Of a DNA stretch of 64,000 nt, positions 19,943 through 29,647 are shown piece after piece. Under the pieces are notes generated by a model. It ran no database searches, was not told where the DNA came from, and saw only the letters and a program-made list of their open reading frames with translations. Source of the DNA: an uncultured Actinomycetes bacterium (lineage in GTDB: Bacteria; Actinomycetota; Thermoleophilia; RBG-16-64-13). Where the stretch lies: positions 544,001-608,000 of the forward strand of contig CAVPLM010000005.1 of assembly GCA_963706025.1 (NCBI GenBank), read 5' to 3'. Numbering within the stretch: position 1 is the stretch's first letter; every line of letters starts with the position of its first letter. The translations under genes and the position numbers were made by a program.

Positions 19943-20857
19943 ATGGCCGCAGAGTCGAAGAAAGCCGTTATCGCCGCGATCATCGGCAACGCGGCCATCG
20001 CAGCGATCAAGTTCATGGCCGCTGCCCTTACCGGCAGCTCCGCCATGATCTCCGAAGGCATCCACTCCCTGGTCGACACCGGGAACGGGGTCCTCCTCTT
20101 CCACGGTCTCCGCCGCGGGGCCCGGCCGGCCGACATCAACCATCCGTTCGGCCATGGCATGGAAGTCTATTTCTGGAGCCTGATCGTGGCGGTGAGCATC
20201 TTCGGCATCGGCGGCGGCATGTCGATCTACGAAGGCATCGTGCACATCCGCGACCCTTCCCCACTTGAAAACCCAACCATCAACTACGTCGTGCTCGGTC
20301 TCGCGATGGTCTTCGAACTGCTCTCGTTCAGCGTGGCCTGGAGGGTGTTCGGCAAAGCCAGGGGGTCGCGCCGGGTTCTGACGGCGATCCACCACGGCAA
20401 GGATCCCAGCCTGTTCACGGTACTCTTCGAAGACACGGCGGCGCTTCTGGGGCTGGTGGTCGCCTTCTTCGGTGTCTTCCTCAGCCATCAGTTCGAGGAG
20501 CCGGTCATCGACGGCGTGGCTTCGGTGGCGATCGGCGTGATCTTGGTCTGCACAGCGAGTTGGCTTGCTTACGAGAGCAGGAGCCTGATGGTCGGCGAGG
20601 CGGCCGATCCAGCTCTGGTGGCCGCCATCCGTGAGATCGCGCTTGCAGACCCGGCGGTCGTCGGTCTCGGCGCCGTTCTGACGCTGCACCTGGGACCGGA
20701 GAATGTGCTTCTGAACATCGAGGTGCGTTTCGCCCCTGGCATAACAGTCGAGGAGATACAGGCCGCTGTCCATCGCATCGAGGAACACATCACCGGGCCC
20801 TTCCCCGAGGTGGATCGCATCTTCATCGAGGTGGAGGGCCCTTCCCATCCGGCCTAA
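19943..20857 (+). CDS. Cation diffusion facilitator transporter
   Basis: SEGIHSLVD, HPFGHG.E and FEDTAA motifs, plus the C-terminal dimerisation domain. Confidence 0.92.
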   Translation: MAAESKKAVIAAIIGNAAIAAIKFMAAALTGSSAMISEGIHSLVDTGNGVLLFHGLRRGARPADINHPFGHGMEVYFWSLIVAVSIFGIGGGMSIYEGIVHIRDPSPLENPTINYVVLGLAMVFELLSFSVAWRVFGKARGSRRVLTAIHHGKDPSLFTVLFEDTAALLGLVVAFFGVFLSHQFEEPVIDGVASVAIGVILVCTASWLAYESRSLMVGEAADPALVAAIREIALADPAVVGLGAVLTLHLGPENVLLNIEVRFAPGITVEEIQAAVHRIEEHITGPFPEVDRIFIEVEGPSHPA

Positions 20858-21020
20858 GAACTCGTTTCAGAATGAAGCTCCGCCGTCAGGGACGCCCTGG
20901 GCGAGCGCGAGAGAAGAACGCAGGGAGCGTGAATAGCAGCGCTATTTGCGCGACCGAGGACGTACGGTCGTGCCGTCCAGGGTGCACTAGGCGGCCGCGG
21001 CTTCATAGTGAAACGAGTTG
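20858..21020. mobile_element. MITE, diverged copy (163 bp)
   Basis: GAACTCGTTTCAGAATGAAGC / GCTTCATAGTGAAACGAGTTG with TAA on both flanks. The left TAA is the CDF stop codon. Confidence 0.85.
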
Positions 21021-21086
21021 TAAACGGGCGGCCCATCTGGTGCCGGCCGAGCACCTCGACTATCCCTTTCCCCCCGTCCGGCGCCG

Positions 21087-21476
21087 TCAGGAAAGGTATC
21101 GCTGTCCGGTCTCCGCGGAGAGCCCCAACGAGTGGCGAAGAGCCTCGTCAACCTGGTCCATCAGCCATGAGGGACATTCGCCCAACGCCTGGGGATCGAT
21201 TCGCCTAAGGCTGACGGTCCAGATCTGCTCGCACATGATGATCCCGGGCTTACCCAGGATCTCCGGCGGAAGCTCCACGTGAAACGGATACGATCTCGAA
21301 GGCAGGCCTGAGCTGAGAGGCACGACGATGGTGGTATCTGCGTAGGCGTTCCCCCAGTCGTTCTGTACGACGAGGACCGGTCGCTTCTTGCTCCGACCAG
21401 CATGCCGGGGATCATTGCCGGTCCCGAAGTCGACAACGTAGATCGATCCTCGCCGTATCTCGCCCTCGCCTGTCAT
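21087..21476 (-). CDS. mazF: PemK/MazF-family toxin
   Basis: RRGSIYVVDF, KKRPVLVVQND and CEQIWTVS motifs. Confidence 0.9.
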   Translation of the reverse strand: MTGEGEIRRGSIYVVDFGTGNDPRHAGRSKKRPVLVVQNDWGNAYADTTIVVPLSSGLPSRSYPFHVELPPEILGKPGIIMCEQIWTVSLRRIDPQALGECPSWLMDQVDEALRHSLGLSAETGQRYLS

Positions 21477-21721
21477 CGCTCCAGGCCGCTCCCGGAAACG
21501 GCGATCACCTCCTCCGCCAACCGCCTATCGGTCTCCCGCATCTCTTCATACCCGACGCGCATGAGCCGGCGAACGTCGTCCGTCCTTAACCGCCACAGCG
21601 CCTCGACCACCACATCGGTCTTGGTGACACCCCGCTCCTTCGAGCGAAGGTCAATGTATTCGATCGCCCACGCCGGCATCCTGATGTTGAAAGGCTTCGT
21701 TCCTCTAGGCTCCTCATCCAT
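21473..21721 (-). CDS. RHH antitoxin
   Basis: FNIRMP...GVTKTDVV RHH pattern and GYEEM. 4-bp overlap with the toxin gene. Confidence 0.75.
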   Translation of the reverse strand: MDEEPRGTKPFNIRMPAWAIEYIDLRSKERGVTKTDVVVEALWRLRTDDVRRLMRVGYEEMRETDRRLAEEVIAVSGSGLER

Positions 21722-21811
21722 CGATTTCCCTCTTCTTTCCCCGATCCCCTTGTACGTGGGAAAGACCGGCCCTTCGGAGCCGCTTCCTTCCCTGAGTCTA
21801 GTTTCGCCAAC

Positions 21812-21834
21812 CGTAAAGCAATACCTGCTTTACG
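21812..21834. promoter_or_regulatory. Candidate TA operator
   Basis: Perfect inverted repeat CGTAAAGCA-atacc-TGCTTTACG upstream of the antitoxin. Confidence 0.5.
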
Positions 21835-21858
21835 TACTGTGATAGGCATTGGAGAGAG

Positions 21859-21907
21859 GGAGAGGACAGGGGGCGGCGGCCCTCGGCCGCCGCCCCCTGT
21901 CCTCTCC
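21859..21907. terminator. 23-bp perfect hairpin downstream of the GYD gene
   Basis: GGAGAGGACAGGGGGCGGCGGCC-ctc-GGCCGCCGCCCCCTGTCCTCTCC. Confidence 0.65.
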
Positions 21908-21945
21908 ATTGTCGCTCCGGGCTGTGCTCGCCCCGAAAACGGTCT

Positions 21946-22233
21946 TTACTTCTCGAGGCCCGCGATGAACTCGTCGGTAGGGATAGCCGGGAGTGTGAGA
22001 GTCGACACCGTCCCCCGAGACCCTAGCTGAACGGCCATGCGAGTGATGGCCTCATTGCTGTCGGCTTCGAGGATGTTCAGGAAGTCGAACTGGCCGAGAA
22101 GGGCGTACTGGGCTTTGAGAGCGATCCCCTGCGCCTCGATCTCCTTGTTGACCTCCCTGATCCTTCCCGGATTGTGGAGGAGGGTCTTCCTGCCCTCGTC
22201 CGTGAGGGTGGTGAGCACCACGTAGGTGGGCAT
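21946..22233 (-). CDS. GYD domain protein
   Basis: MPTYVVL..LTDEG, LGQFDF and TLTLPA motifs. AAGGAG RBS. Confidence 0.85.
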   Translation of the reverse strand: MPTYVVLTTLTDEGRKTLLHNPGRIREVNKEIEAQGIALKAQYALLGQFDFLNILEADSNEAITRMAVQLGSRGTVSTLTLPAIPTDEFIAGLEK

Positions 22234-22334
22234 CTTCGTTCTCCTTTCGCCAAGCGCAGTTCGGTCCGCTCGCCTTACGGCTCACTCGTGGTTATTCCTG
22301 CGGACGCCTTGAACCAAACGAGTTCGACGTAGGA

Positions 22335-22952
22335 TCAGCCGCTGCGACCCCCACTCGCCCTACCCAGCAGGGTGATGACCCGGTACGACAAGCCGGCGAG
22401 AACCACGGCTGCGTAGATCGCGAACCAGCTCTTCAGAAAGACCTCGTTCCTCAAGTCATATCCGAGCACCAGTCCGTGGACCATGACTGCTGCGAAGATC
22501 AGATAGTTGAGGCGGTGGATCCACCGCCAGGAGCGCCGGAGCCGCCTTCGGGTCGAAGCTGTGGCGATGACGGCCACCAACACGACCAAGACGGCAGGAC
22601 CCACCCAGACGGCAGCGGTCGCATAGCCTGAGATTCCAAAGACGAAGGCCATGAGACCATGCGCGAGACCGGCCGCGAACCCGATCGATGCGATGACGAC
22701 GTGAGCGCGCTGAACCGTCCGGCCCTTGAACGTCCGCACGAAGAAAGGTCGAAACGAACCGGTCACGATGTCGATGAATACCAAGGTGAACGCTTCGAGA
22801 GCGGCGAGCCGCAAAGCGTTCCACAAGACGTCAGAAGAACCTCCACCCGAAAGGGCGAGCACAACCGGAGGAACCGCCAACAATCCCAACCCAACAGCGA
22901 CCAGCAACACCTGCAGCATTGATCGAGTAGCGCCTGCGAACGGCTTCTTCAT
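22335..22952 (-). CDS. Ferric reductase-like transmembrane protein (MsrQ-like)
   Basis: Heme-ligand His pairs (AH...AH; WRWIHRLNY...VH) in TM helices. Confidence 0.75.
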   Translation of the reverse strand: MKKPFAGATRSMLQVLLVAVGLGLLAVPPVVLALSGGGSSDVLWNALRLAALEAFTLVFIDIVTGSFRPFFVRTFKGRTVQRAHVVIASIGFAAGLAHGLMAFVFGISGYATAAVWVGPAVLVVLVAVIATASTRRRLRRSWRWIHRLNYLIFAAVMVHGLVLGYDLRNEVFLKSWFAIYAAVVLAGLSYRVITLLGRASGGRSG

Positions 22953-22997
22953 CGTTTTCAGCCCCTGACCATGCGAGGCGGTCAGAACGCGAAGCTG

Positions 22998-23399
22998 CTA
23001 CTGCTCCAGCTTTCCAACCACCCGCATCTTCTCCAGAAGCGCCCTCATGCTCGCGGGGGCCTGCTCGATCTCCTCCGATAGGTCCTTCCCCGCCATAGCG
23101 CCGAGGTTGCACGAAGAGTGCTGGCCTTCGGGCCACCTCACGCTGCCGGACACGTCGTAGACCACCCCGTCCACCGCGACATAGGCCGCTCCGCCGTCCT
23201 TGCCGTCGAACTCAGCCAACTCGGTCAGGCTGAAGATCTTCTCTCCCGTGCCGAGCGCGGTGGTCACGGTACTCCCACCGGCGGTCGTGTCCGTGCTTGA
23301 ATCCCCCAGGCCCGATCCGTCTCCGCCACAAGCCGCGAGCCCGAGGGCGACCACGACCAGGAACAGGACCAGTACGCATGCCGCCGCCGACCTCTTCAT
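22998..23399 (-). CDS. Cytochrome b5-like heme/steroid-binding lipoprotein
   Basis: Lipobox LAAC, then FSLTELAEFDGKDG..AYVAVDGVVYDVS..W..GQH..AGKDLS. Confidence 0.85.
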   Translation of the reverse strand: MKRSAAACVLVLFLVVVALGLAACGGDGSGLGDSSTDTTAGGSTVTTALGTGEKIFSLTELAEFDGKDGGAAYVAVDGVVYDVSGSVRWPEGQHSSCNLGAMAGKDLSEEIEQAPASMRALLEKMRVVGKLEQ

Positions 23400-23669
23400 T
23401 CTCGCCCTCCCCATGCGCCGGCGAGACCCGGACTCACTCAGGGTCCCACCCTTTTCTTGCCTGCGCTCATTGTTCCCTACGCTGCTCCTGGAAGTCAAAC
23501 ACCGCTCACCGGGACGCCCCACTCCACCGGCTCTTTCGCGGCGCGGGCGTGAGACCGCCGGTTCCGGCCAAGTCCCACGAGTTGACGGCCCGTGAGCCAC
23601 ACTATACAGTTCCCTCTTACACACGAGGCACTCGGCCGTCACAACTCTCTAACGGGACGTAGGGGAAAA

Positions 23670-25316
23670 GTGGACAGACCTGCGCGCAGCATCGAATGGA
23701 GAAGTCTCAGGAGTGAAATTTCGGCACGGTACGAGCAGGGGGATCTCGACGGAGCCATCGAGGTGGCCCAGAAGGCGCTAGAACTGGCGGAGCAGGGCTC
23801 GGGGCCCGATAGCCTTGAGGTGGCCTCAAGCTCTGCCGATCTTGGTTTGCTTCTTGCGGCCAAGGGCGACTACCCGGGAGCGCAGGCGAATCAAGAACGG
23901 GCCCTCTCCATCCGCGAGAAGGCCCTGGACCCGGACCACCCGGACGTGGCCCAAACTCTGGAGAACCTCGCAGACTCACACCGCTCTCAAGACGACGACG
24001 AGACCGCCGAGGCGCTCTACGAGCGCGCGCTGGCCATTTGGGAGAAGGCCCTGGGTCCGGATCATCTGGACCTGGCCCTCATCATGGAGAACCTGGCCGG
24101 CGTGTACCAGAGCCGGAGCCGGTATGCAGAGGCTGAGGCCCTTCACAAGCGTGCCCTGGCCATCCGGGAGAAAGCCCTTGGTCCGGACCACCCCCGCGTG
24201 GCCATCATTCTGACCAACCTTGCCGAGCTGTATGACATCCAAGGGAGGCCCATAGAGGCCGAACCGCTGTACCAGCGCGCTCTTGCCGTCCTGCAGGCCG
24301 GCGTGGGGCCGGATAGCGCCGATACCCTACCCGCGCTGGAAGGTCTCGCCGAACTCTACAGGGTTCAGGGCCGCTATTCCGAAGCTGAGCCGCTGTACGA
24401 GCGTGCGGTTTCCATTCGCGAGAGAGGGCTTGGTCCCGACCATCCCGATGTAGCGAAGAGCCTCAACAATCTGGCGAGCTTGTATTTTGCGCAGGGACTG
24501 TACGCGAAGGCCGAGCCGCTGTACAGACGTTCCCTCGCTATCGCCGACAAAGCCCTGGATCCGGAGCATCCCGATCTCGCTTTGAGCCTCAACGGCCTTG
24601 CCGTGCTGTACAGCGTCCAGGGGCGGTACGCGCAGGCTGAACCGCTGCACGAGCGTGCCCTCGCGATATGGGAGAAGGCCCTCGGACCTGACCACCCTGA
24701 TGTTGCCACCAGCTTGGGTAATCTGGCGGTGCTATATGACGCCCAGGGTCGCTACGCAGAGGCCGAACCCCTCCATACGCGCGCCCTCGAGATACGGGAG
24801 AAAGCGCTTGGACCCAATCATCCCCACGTGGCCACGAGTCTGGACAATCTCGCCGAACTGTACCGGGGTCAGGGCCGCTACGACGAGGCCGAGCCCCTCT
24901 ACAAACGAGCCCTCGTGATTGGGGAAAAGGTCCTCGGGCCGGAGCATCCGGATGTGGCCCTCAGCCTGGACAATCTCGCGGAGCTCTATCGGGCCCAGGG
25001 GCGCTACGAGGAAGCTCGGCCGCTGTACGAGCGCGCCCTCGCCATCGCCGAGAAGACATTGGGGGCCGGTCATCCGGACGTGGCGCTGAGTCTGAACGGC
25101 CTCGCGGAGGTACACAGGGCCCGCGGCGAGTATGCCGAAGCCGAGGATCTCCACACGCGCTCTCTGGCCATTCGGGAGGCGGCCCTCGGTCCCGATCACC
25201 CCGATGTGGCGACCAGCCTTGAGAATCTGGCTGCGCTCTACGCGGAAACGGACCGCGCCGAGGAGGCCGCCGCCCTGCAAGAGAGAGCGGCGGAGATTCG
25301 CAAGATCACGCACTGA
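23670..25316 (+). CDS. Kinesin-light-chain-type TPR protein (about 12 repeats of 42 aa)
   Basis: Repeats of LGPDHPDVAxSLNNLAxLYxxQGRYxEAEPLYxRALxIxEK. Start uncertain (GTG 23670 or 23592). Confidence 0.9.
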   Translation: MDRPARSIEWRSLRSEISARYEQGDLDGAIEVAQKALELAEQGSGPDSLEVASSSADLGLLLAAKGDYPGAQANQERALSIREKALDPDHPDVAQTLENLADSHRSQDDDETAEALYERALAIWEKALGPDHLDLALIMENLAGVYQSRSRYAEAEALHKRALAIREKALGPDHPRVAIILTNLAELYDIQGRPIEAEPLYQRALAVLQAGVGPDSADTLPALEGLAELYRVQGRYSEAEPLYERAVSIRERGLGPDHPDVAKSLNNLASLYFAQGLYAKAEPLYRRSLAIADKALDPEHPDLALSLNGLAVLYSVQGRYAQAEPLHERALAIWEKALGPDHPDVATSLGNLAVLYDAQGRYAEAEPLHTRALEIREKALGPNHPHVATSLDNLAELYRGQGRYDEAEPLYKRALVIGEKVLGPEHPDVALSLDNLAELYRAQGRYEEARPLYERALAIAEKTLGAGHPDVALSLNGLAEVHRARGEYAEAEDLHTRSLAIREAALGPDHPDVATSLENLAALYAETDRAEEAAALQERAAEIRKITH

Positions 25317-25353
25317 GTCCAACGCGACCCACTGCGTCCCGCTCGCGGCCCTC

Positions 25354-25938
25354 TCAGTCGATGGCCACGAGAAGTTGACCGCTGTCGACCGAGTCACCCT
25401 TCTGGACGGCCACCGACTTCACCGTGCCCTTCGTGGGAGCACAGAGCTCGTTCTCCATCTTCATGGCCTCCAGCGTGACGACCGGGTCGCCTGCTTCCAC
25501 CTTGTCCCCAGCTTTGACGAGGATCTTCACTATCTTGCCCGGCATGGGCGCGCGCACGCCCGTGCCCGTATCTTCGACCACCTTGGCGGTCTCCGCCGGT
25601 TTGGCCGCGCCCGCCCCGACCGGGGCGGGCGCGGCGGTCACCCGTCCCCCGATGACCGACATGGCGGTACCTCGTGCCGGGGTCATGCCTCCCATGGAGA
25701 TGTCCATCACGGAGATAGGGATCCGTTCGCCGGCGAGTTCCAGCACATGTGTACCCGCTTCCCCGTCCGACTCAGCGATGCGGACCTCGTAGCTCTTCTC
25801 CCCCACCTGGACCACACGTCGGTCGCCCGAGGGTCTGCTCAGCTTCACATCGAACCGGTGAGCATCGACGGCCAGCGTACCGTCGGGGCTAGAGACGATC
25901 TGGTGATCCACGCCGTCGATCTTGACCCGGAACTTCAC
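25354..25938 (-). CDS. Biotin carboxyl carrier protein (1.3S-like)
   Basis: APMPG and the EAMKM biotinylation motif. Confidence 0.92.
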   Translation of the reverse strand: MKFRVKIDGVDHQIVSSPDGTLAVDAHRFDVKLSRPSGDRRVVQVGEKSYEVRIAESDGEAGTHVLELAGERIPISVMDISMGGMTPARGTAMSVIGGRVTAAPAPVGAGAAKPAETAKVVEDTGTGVRAPMPGKIVKILVKAGDKVEAGDPVVTLEAMKMENELCAPTKGTVKSVAVQKGDSVDSGQLLVAID

Positions 25939-25939
25939 T

Positions 25940-27472
25940 CTAGTACCCCCATGCTCCGCCCCGGGTATTCACGTGTTCCCGGCGCGCGGCCAGCGTCCAG
26001 GCCGACGCCGTCGCACTCGGAGGGCAGGCCGCCGCGCGGTCCTGAACCTCTCTCTCCTCTCTCGCACCCAGGAGTTCCGCTATCACCGCCGCCAGGGAGG
26101 CGACCTCTGGGAGGGGGCGCTCCTTGCGATCGCGGCGTTCGAAGAATTCCAGAGCCACCTGGGGGAACAAGGCATAGGACACGACGTCTTCCTCGCTGAA
26201 CCTGATGCCCTTCTGAGCGAGCTCGTCCCTCCGCAGGGGAAGCTCGGGTTCAAGGGAGTCCGCAGGCCGGGTCGTGATGGGGGTCTCGTCTCCTATGCAC
26301 AGTTTCTGGATCTCTGGGTCTATCGGGCCGGGTGGCCTTCCGTAGAGCCCCTGCACATAGGCCTTGGTCTCCTTGGTGATCATCTTGTAGCGGCCCATGA
26401 GCACGTTCAAGGTGGCCTGCGTGCCCACGATCTGAGAGGTCGGCGTCACCAAAGGCGGGTAGCCGAGTTCCTGGCGTACCCGCGGGACCTCGGCCATTAC
26501 CTCGTCCATGCGGTCCAGAGCTCCCTGTTCTTTCAGCTGGGAGCTAAGATTGGAGATCATGCCGCCCGGGATCTGCCAGAGCAGCACGGCCGGATCGACG
26601 GCGGTGAACGCGCTCTCATAGGGCGCGTACTTCTTGCGCACGTCGCGGAAATAATCCGAGATCTCCTTGAGCAGCCCGATGTCCATGACGGTCTCGCGTT
26701 CGGAACCCGCGAAAGCAGCGACCATAGCCTCCGTCGGAGGATGGGACGTCCCCATGGACATGGAGGAGATAGCGCAATCGAGGATGTCAGCGCCGGCCTC
26801 CACGGCCTTTAGATAGGACATGGATGCCATCCCCGAGGTGTAGTGACAGTGCATGTGCACGAGGATATTCGGATACTCGGATTTGAGCGCGCTCACCAGC
26901 TCATAGGCGTCCCCGGGGTCCAATAGGCCGGCCATGTCCTTGATACAGATGCTCTGTGCGCCCATCTCCGCCACCTCGCCGGCGAAGCGGAGGAACGAGG
27001 ATACGTCGTGCACCGGGCTCTTGGTGTAGCTGATGGTGGCTTCGACCCACTTCCCGTTCTCCCTGACAGCCTCCATAGCTACCTGCATGTTGCGGGCGTC
27101 GTTGAGGGCGTCGAATATGCGGAATACATCGATGCCGGCTCGTGCAGCCAGGCGGACGAACTCACGCACCACATCGTCGGCGTAGTTGCGGTAGCCGACC
27201 ACGTTCTGGCCGCGCAGGAGCATCTGCAGCCTGGTATCGGGCATGGCCGCCTTGAGCGCCCTTACCCGTTCCCAGGGATCCTCGTGCAGGAAGCGCATCA
27301 TGGCATCGAACGTAGCCCCGCCCCACATCTCTAGCGACCAGTACCCCGCTCGGTTGAGCTTGTCGGCGATGGGTAGCATGTCCTCGACGCGCATACGGGT
27401 GGCAAGCAGAGACTGGTGCGCGTCGCGCAACACGAGGTCGGTGATCTGGACGGGGTTCCTGGAACTGGGCAT
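25940..27472 (-). CDS. Pyruvate/oxaloacetate carboxyltransferase (PycB/OadA/transcarboxylase 5S type)
   Basis: RDAHQSLLATR, WGGATFD, IKDMAG, HCH, PGGM and PPLVTPTSQ motifs. Confidence 0.92.
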   Translation of the reverse strand: MPSSRNPVQITDLVLRDAHQSLLATRMRVEDMLPIADKLNRAGYWSLEMWGGATFDAMMRFLHEDPWERVRALKAAMPDTRLQMLLRGQNVVGYRNYADDVVREFVRLAARAGIDVFRIFDALNDARNMQVAMEAVRENGKWVEATISYTKSPVHDVSSFLRFAGEVAEMGAQSICIKDMAGLLDPGDAYELVSALKSEYPNILVHMHCHYTSGMASMSYLKAVEAGADILDCAISSMSMGTSHPPTEAMVAAFAGSERETVMDIGLLKEISDYFRDVRKKYAPYESAFTAVDPAVLLWQIPGGMISNLSSQLKEQGALDRMDEVMAEVPRVRQELGYPPLVTPTSQIVGTQATLNVLMGRYKMITKETKAYVQGLYGRPPGPIDPEIQKLCIGDETPITTRPADSLEPELPLRRDELAQKGIRFSEEDVVSYALFPQVALEFFERRDRKERPLPEVASLAAVIAELLGAREEREVQDRAAACPPSATASAWTLAARREHVNTRGGAWGY

Positions 27473-27490
27473 GTCGTCGATCCTCCCGGA

Positions 27491-28954
27491 TCAGAGGGGG
27501 ATGTTGCCGTGCTTCTTGGGCGGCCGGCCCTCTCGTTTGGACGCGCAGGCCTCGAGAGCCGAGATGAGCCGTGGACGCGTGTCCCGCGGCTCGATGATGT
27601 CGTCGATATGACCGCGCTCAGCCGCTGAATACGGGGAGGCCAGTGCGTCTGCGGGACCGACGACCGCGAACTCCGCCGAAGGCCAAGCAAAGCTGAGATC
27701 AGCCCGGGCGTGTTTGGAGCACATGACGTCGTAGGCATCGGCGGACGCCTTGCGGGTGATCAGCGTGATCTTGGGCACGGTCGCCTCGCAGAAGGCGTAG
27801 AGGAGCTTCGCCCCGTGGCGGATGATACCGCCGTATTCCTGAGCAGTCCCGGGCACGAAGCCGGGCACGTCCTCCAAGACGATCAAGGGGACGTTGAAGG
27901 CGTCGCAGAAGCGCACGAACCTGGCGCCCTTGATGGACGCGTCGTTGTCGAGCGCACCTCCGGCGCAGGCCGGCTCGTTGGCCACGACCCCGACCGAGCG
28001 CCCGCCCAGCCGGGCGAACCCGACGACGAGGTTCTGCGCCCAGTAGGGCATGATCTCGAAGAATTGGCCTTGGTCGACGACCCGGAAGATGACCTCGTGC
28101 ATGCTGTACGACCCGCCGGGATCACTCGGCACGATGCCGTCGAGTCCTTCGTCCTGACGGTCCACCGGGTCATCGGACTCCATTCGCGGTGTCTCGTCCA
28201 GGTTGTTCTGCGGCAGATAGGAGAGCAGCGCCCGGATCATCTCGAGGCAGTGCTCTTCGTCGTCGGCGGCCAGATGCGCGACCCCGGTCCGAGCGCTGTG
28301 CGTAATGGCCCCTCCCAGCTCCTCGCCGGTGACCGTCTCGCCGGTCGCGGTCTTGATGACTGCGGGGCTATTGACGAACATGTGGCTCGTGCCCTTGACC
28401 ATGATGATGAAGTCGGTCAGTGCAGGAGCGTAGACGGGTTCGCCCGTACAGGGACCCATGACTGCCGATATCTGGGGCACGACCCCGGAGGCCATGACGT
28501 TGCGGAAGAATACCTCGGCGTAGCCGCCCAGAGAGGTCGCGCCTTCTTGGACGTGGGCAGCCCCCGCGTCGTGGATCCCCACTATCGGGGCGCCGTTCTT
28601 CATGGCCAGGTCCATCACCTTCACGATCCTCCTGGCGCCTGTTTCGGCCGGCGGACCGTCGAGAAGAATGGAGTCCTGGGAGAAGACATACACGTCCCGT
28701 CCGGCGATCTTGCCATATCCGGTGATGACCCCGCCCCCCAGGACCCGCTCGTGGTCCGTGCCCGACTCGTGGGCTGGGGAGGTCATGAACATGTCGAGCT
28801 CGACGAAGGTGCCCTGGTCGAGCAGTTCTACCACCCGCTCGCGCGCCGCCTTCCTCCCCTTCTTGTGCCGGGCCTCAACACGTTCCAGCCCGCCGCTGTG
28901 AAGAGCCTCCGTCTTGAGTGTGCGCAGCCGCCCCGTTACCTTGTCATCGTTCAT
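27491..28954 (-). CDS. Acyl-CoA carboxyltransferase beta/12S-like subunit with degenerate motifs
   Basis: ARER, SGVVPQIS, DVPGF and KKHGNIPL are present, but the GG motifs are altered. Confidence 0.85.
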   Translation of the reverse strand: MNDDKVTGRLRTLKTEALHSGGLERVEARHKKGRKAARERVVELLDQGTFVELDMFMTSPAHESGTDHERVLGGGVITGYGKIAGRDVYVFSQDSILLDGPPAETGARRIVKVMDLAMKNGAPIVGIHDAGAAHVQEGATSLGGYAEVFFRNVMASGVVPQISAVMGPCTGEPVYAPALTDFIIMVKGTSHMFVNSPAVIKTATGETVTGEELGGAITHSARTGVAHLAADDEEHCLEMIRALLSYLPQNNLDETPRMESDDPVDRQDEGLDGIVPSDPGGSYSMHEVIFRVVDQGQFFEIMPYWAQNLVVGFARLGGRSVGVVANEPACAGGALDNDASIKGARFVRFCDAFNVPLIVLEDVPGFVPGTAQEYGGIIRHGAKLLYAFCEATVPKITLITRKASADAYDVMCSKHARADLSFAWPSAEFAVVGPADALASPYSAAERGHIDDIIEPRDTRPRLISALEACASKREGRPPKKHGNIPL

Positions 28955-29073
28955 GTGTATGACACCCTGTCCGCTAGACCGCCGTTTCTCGCCGATGCGC
29001 CGCAGCGGTGCATCACCTCGTGATCCTGGCCGGGATGATACCAGCCCGAGCGTCGTCTTCGCTCCCTCTTCGG

Positions 29074-29565
29074 TCAGCCTACCTGACCACCCATCGAGAA
29101 GAAGCGCCCTCGGTGCCAGAGCAAAGGACTTCGCTCGGTGTCCACCACATATGCCAATACTTCGGCCGTATAGACCCGGTACGTGGCGGCCGGATGGGAT
29201 CCCACCACCTTGCATTCCAGGCTGGCATAGCTTCCGGCGATGCGGGGGGCGCCCACCCTCTCGCTCAACTCGGCGGCGACGCCGAACTCCTCGAACTTGT
29301 CCAAGTCGCGACCATGAGTGGAGCCCAACTGTCGGACCATCTCGAACTGCTCCGGCGTGGCCAGATTGACCACGAACTCACCGGACTCGTCGATCAACTC
29401 GTTCGTCAGATGGTGGCCGGCCACGCTCACGCTGAGTAGAGGCGGAACCTCTGATACGAAGAACGCTGTCGCCGTCATGGCGTCGCGTCTCTCCCCAGCC
29501 GCAGCAGTCAGGATGACTGCCGGACACGGAAGCAAGGCGGCGACAGCTGCTTGCTGCTTGGTCAT
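29074..29565 (-). CDS. Flavin reductase-like protein
   Basis: AMTAT..VSEVPP, SGEFVVN and LECKV motifs. Confidence 0.85.
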   Translation of the reverse strand: MTKQQAAVAALLPCPAVILTAAAGERRDAMTATAFFVSEVPPLLSVSVAGHHLTNELIDESGEFVVNLATPEQFEMVRQLGSTHGRDLDKFEEFGVAAELSERVGAPRIAGSYASLECKVVGSHPAATYRVYTAEVLAYVVDTERSPLLWHRGRFFSMGGQVG

Positions 29566-29647
29566 GATGGCCCTCCATGGAGTGCTGTGATTGACCATGG
29601 TCATACCCACCACGCGACGAACCTAGTCTGACGGTTCTTGAAGCTTC

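Noticed and set aside
23850-25260. 126-bp periodic DNA repeats as a possible CRISPR or other non-coding array
   Set aside because: They are degenerate coding repeats of the 42-aa TPR units, with no constant repeat and unique spacer pattern and no cas genes.
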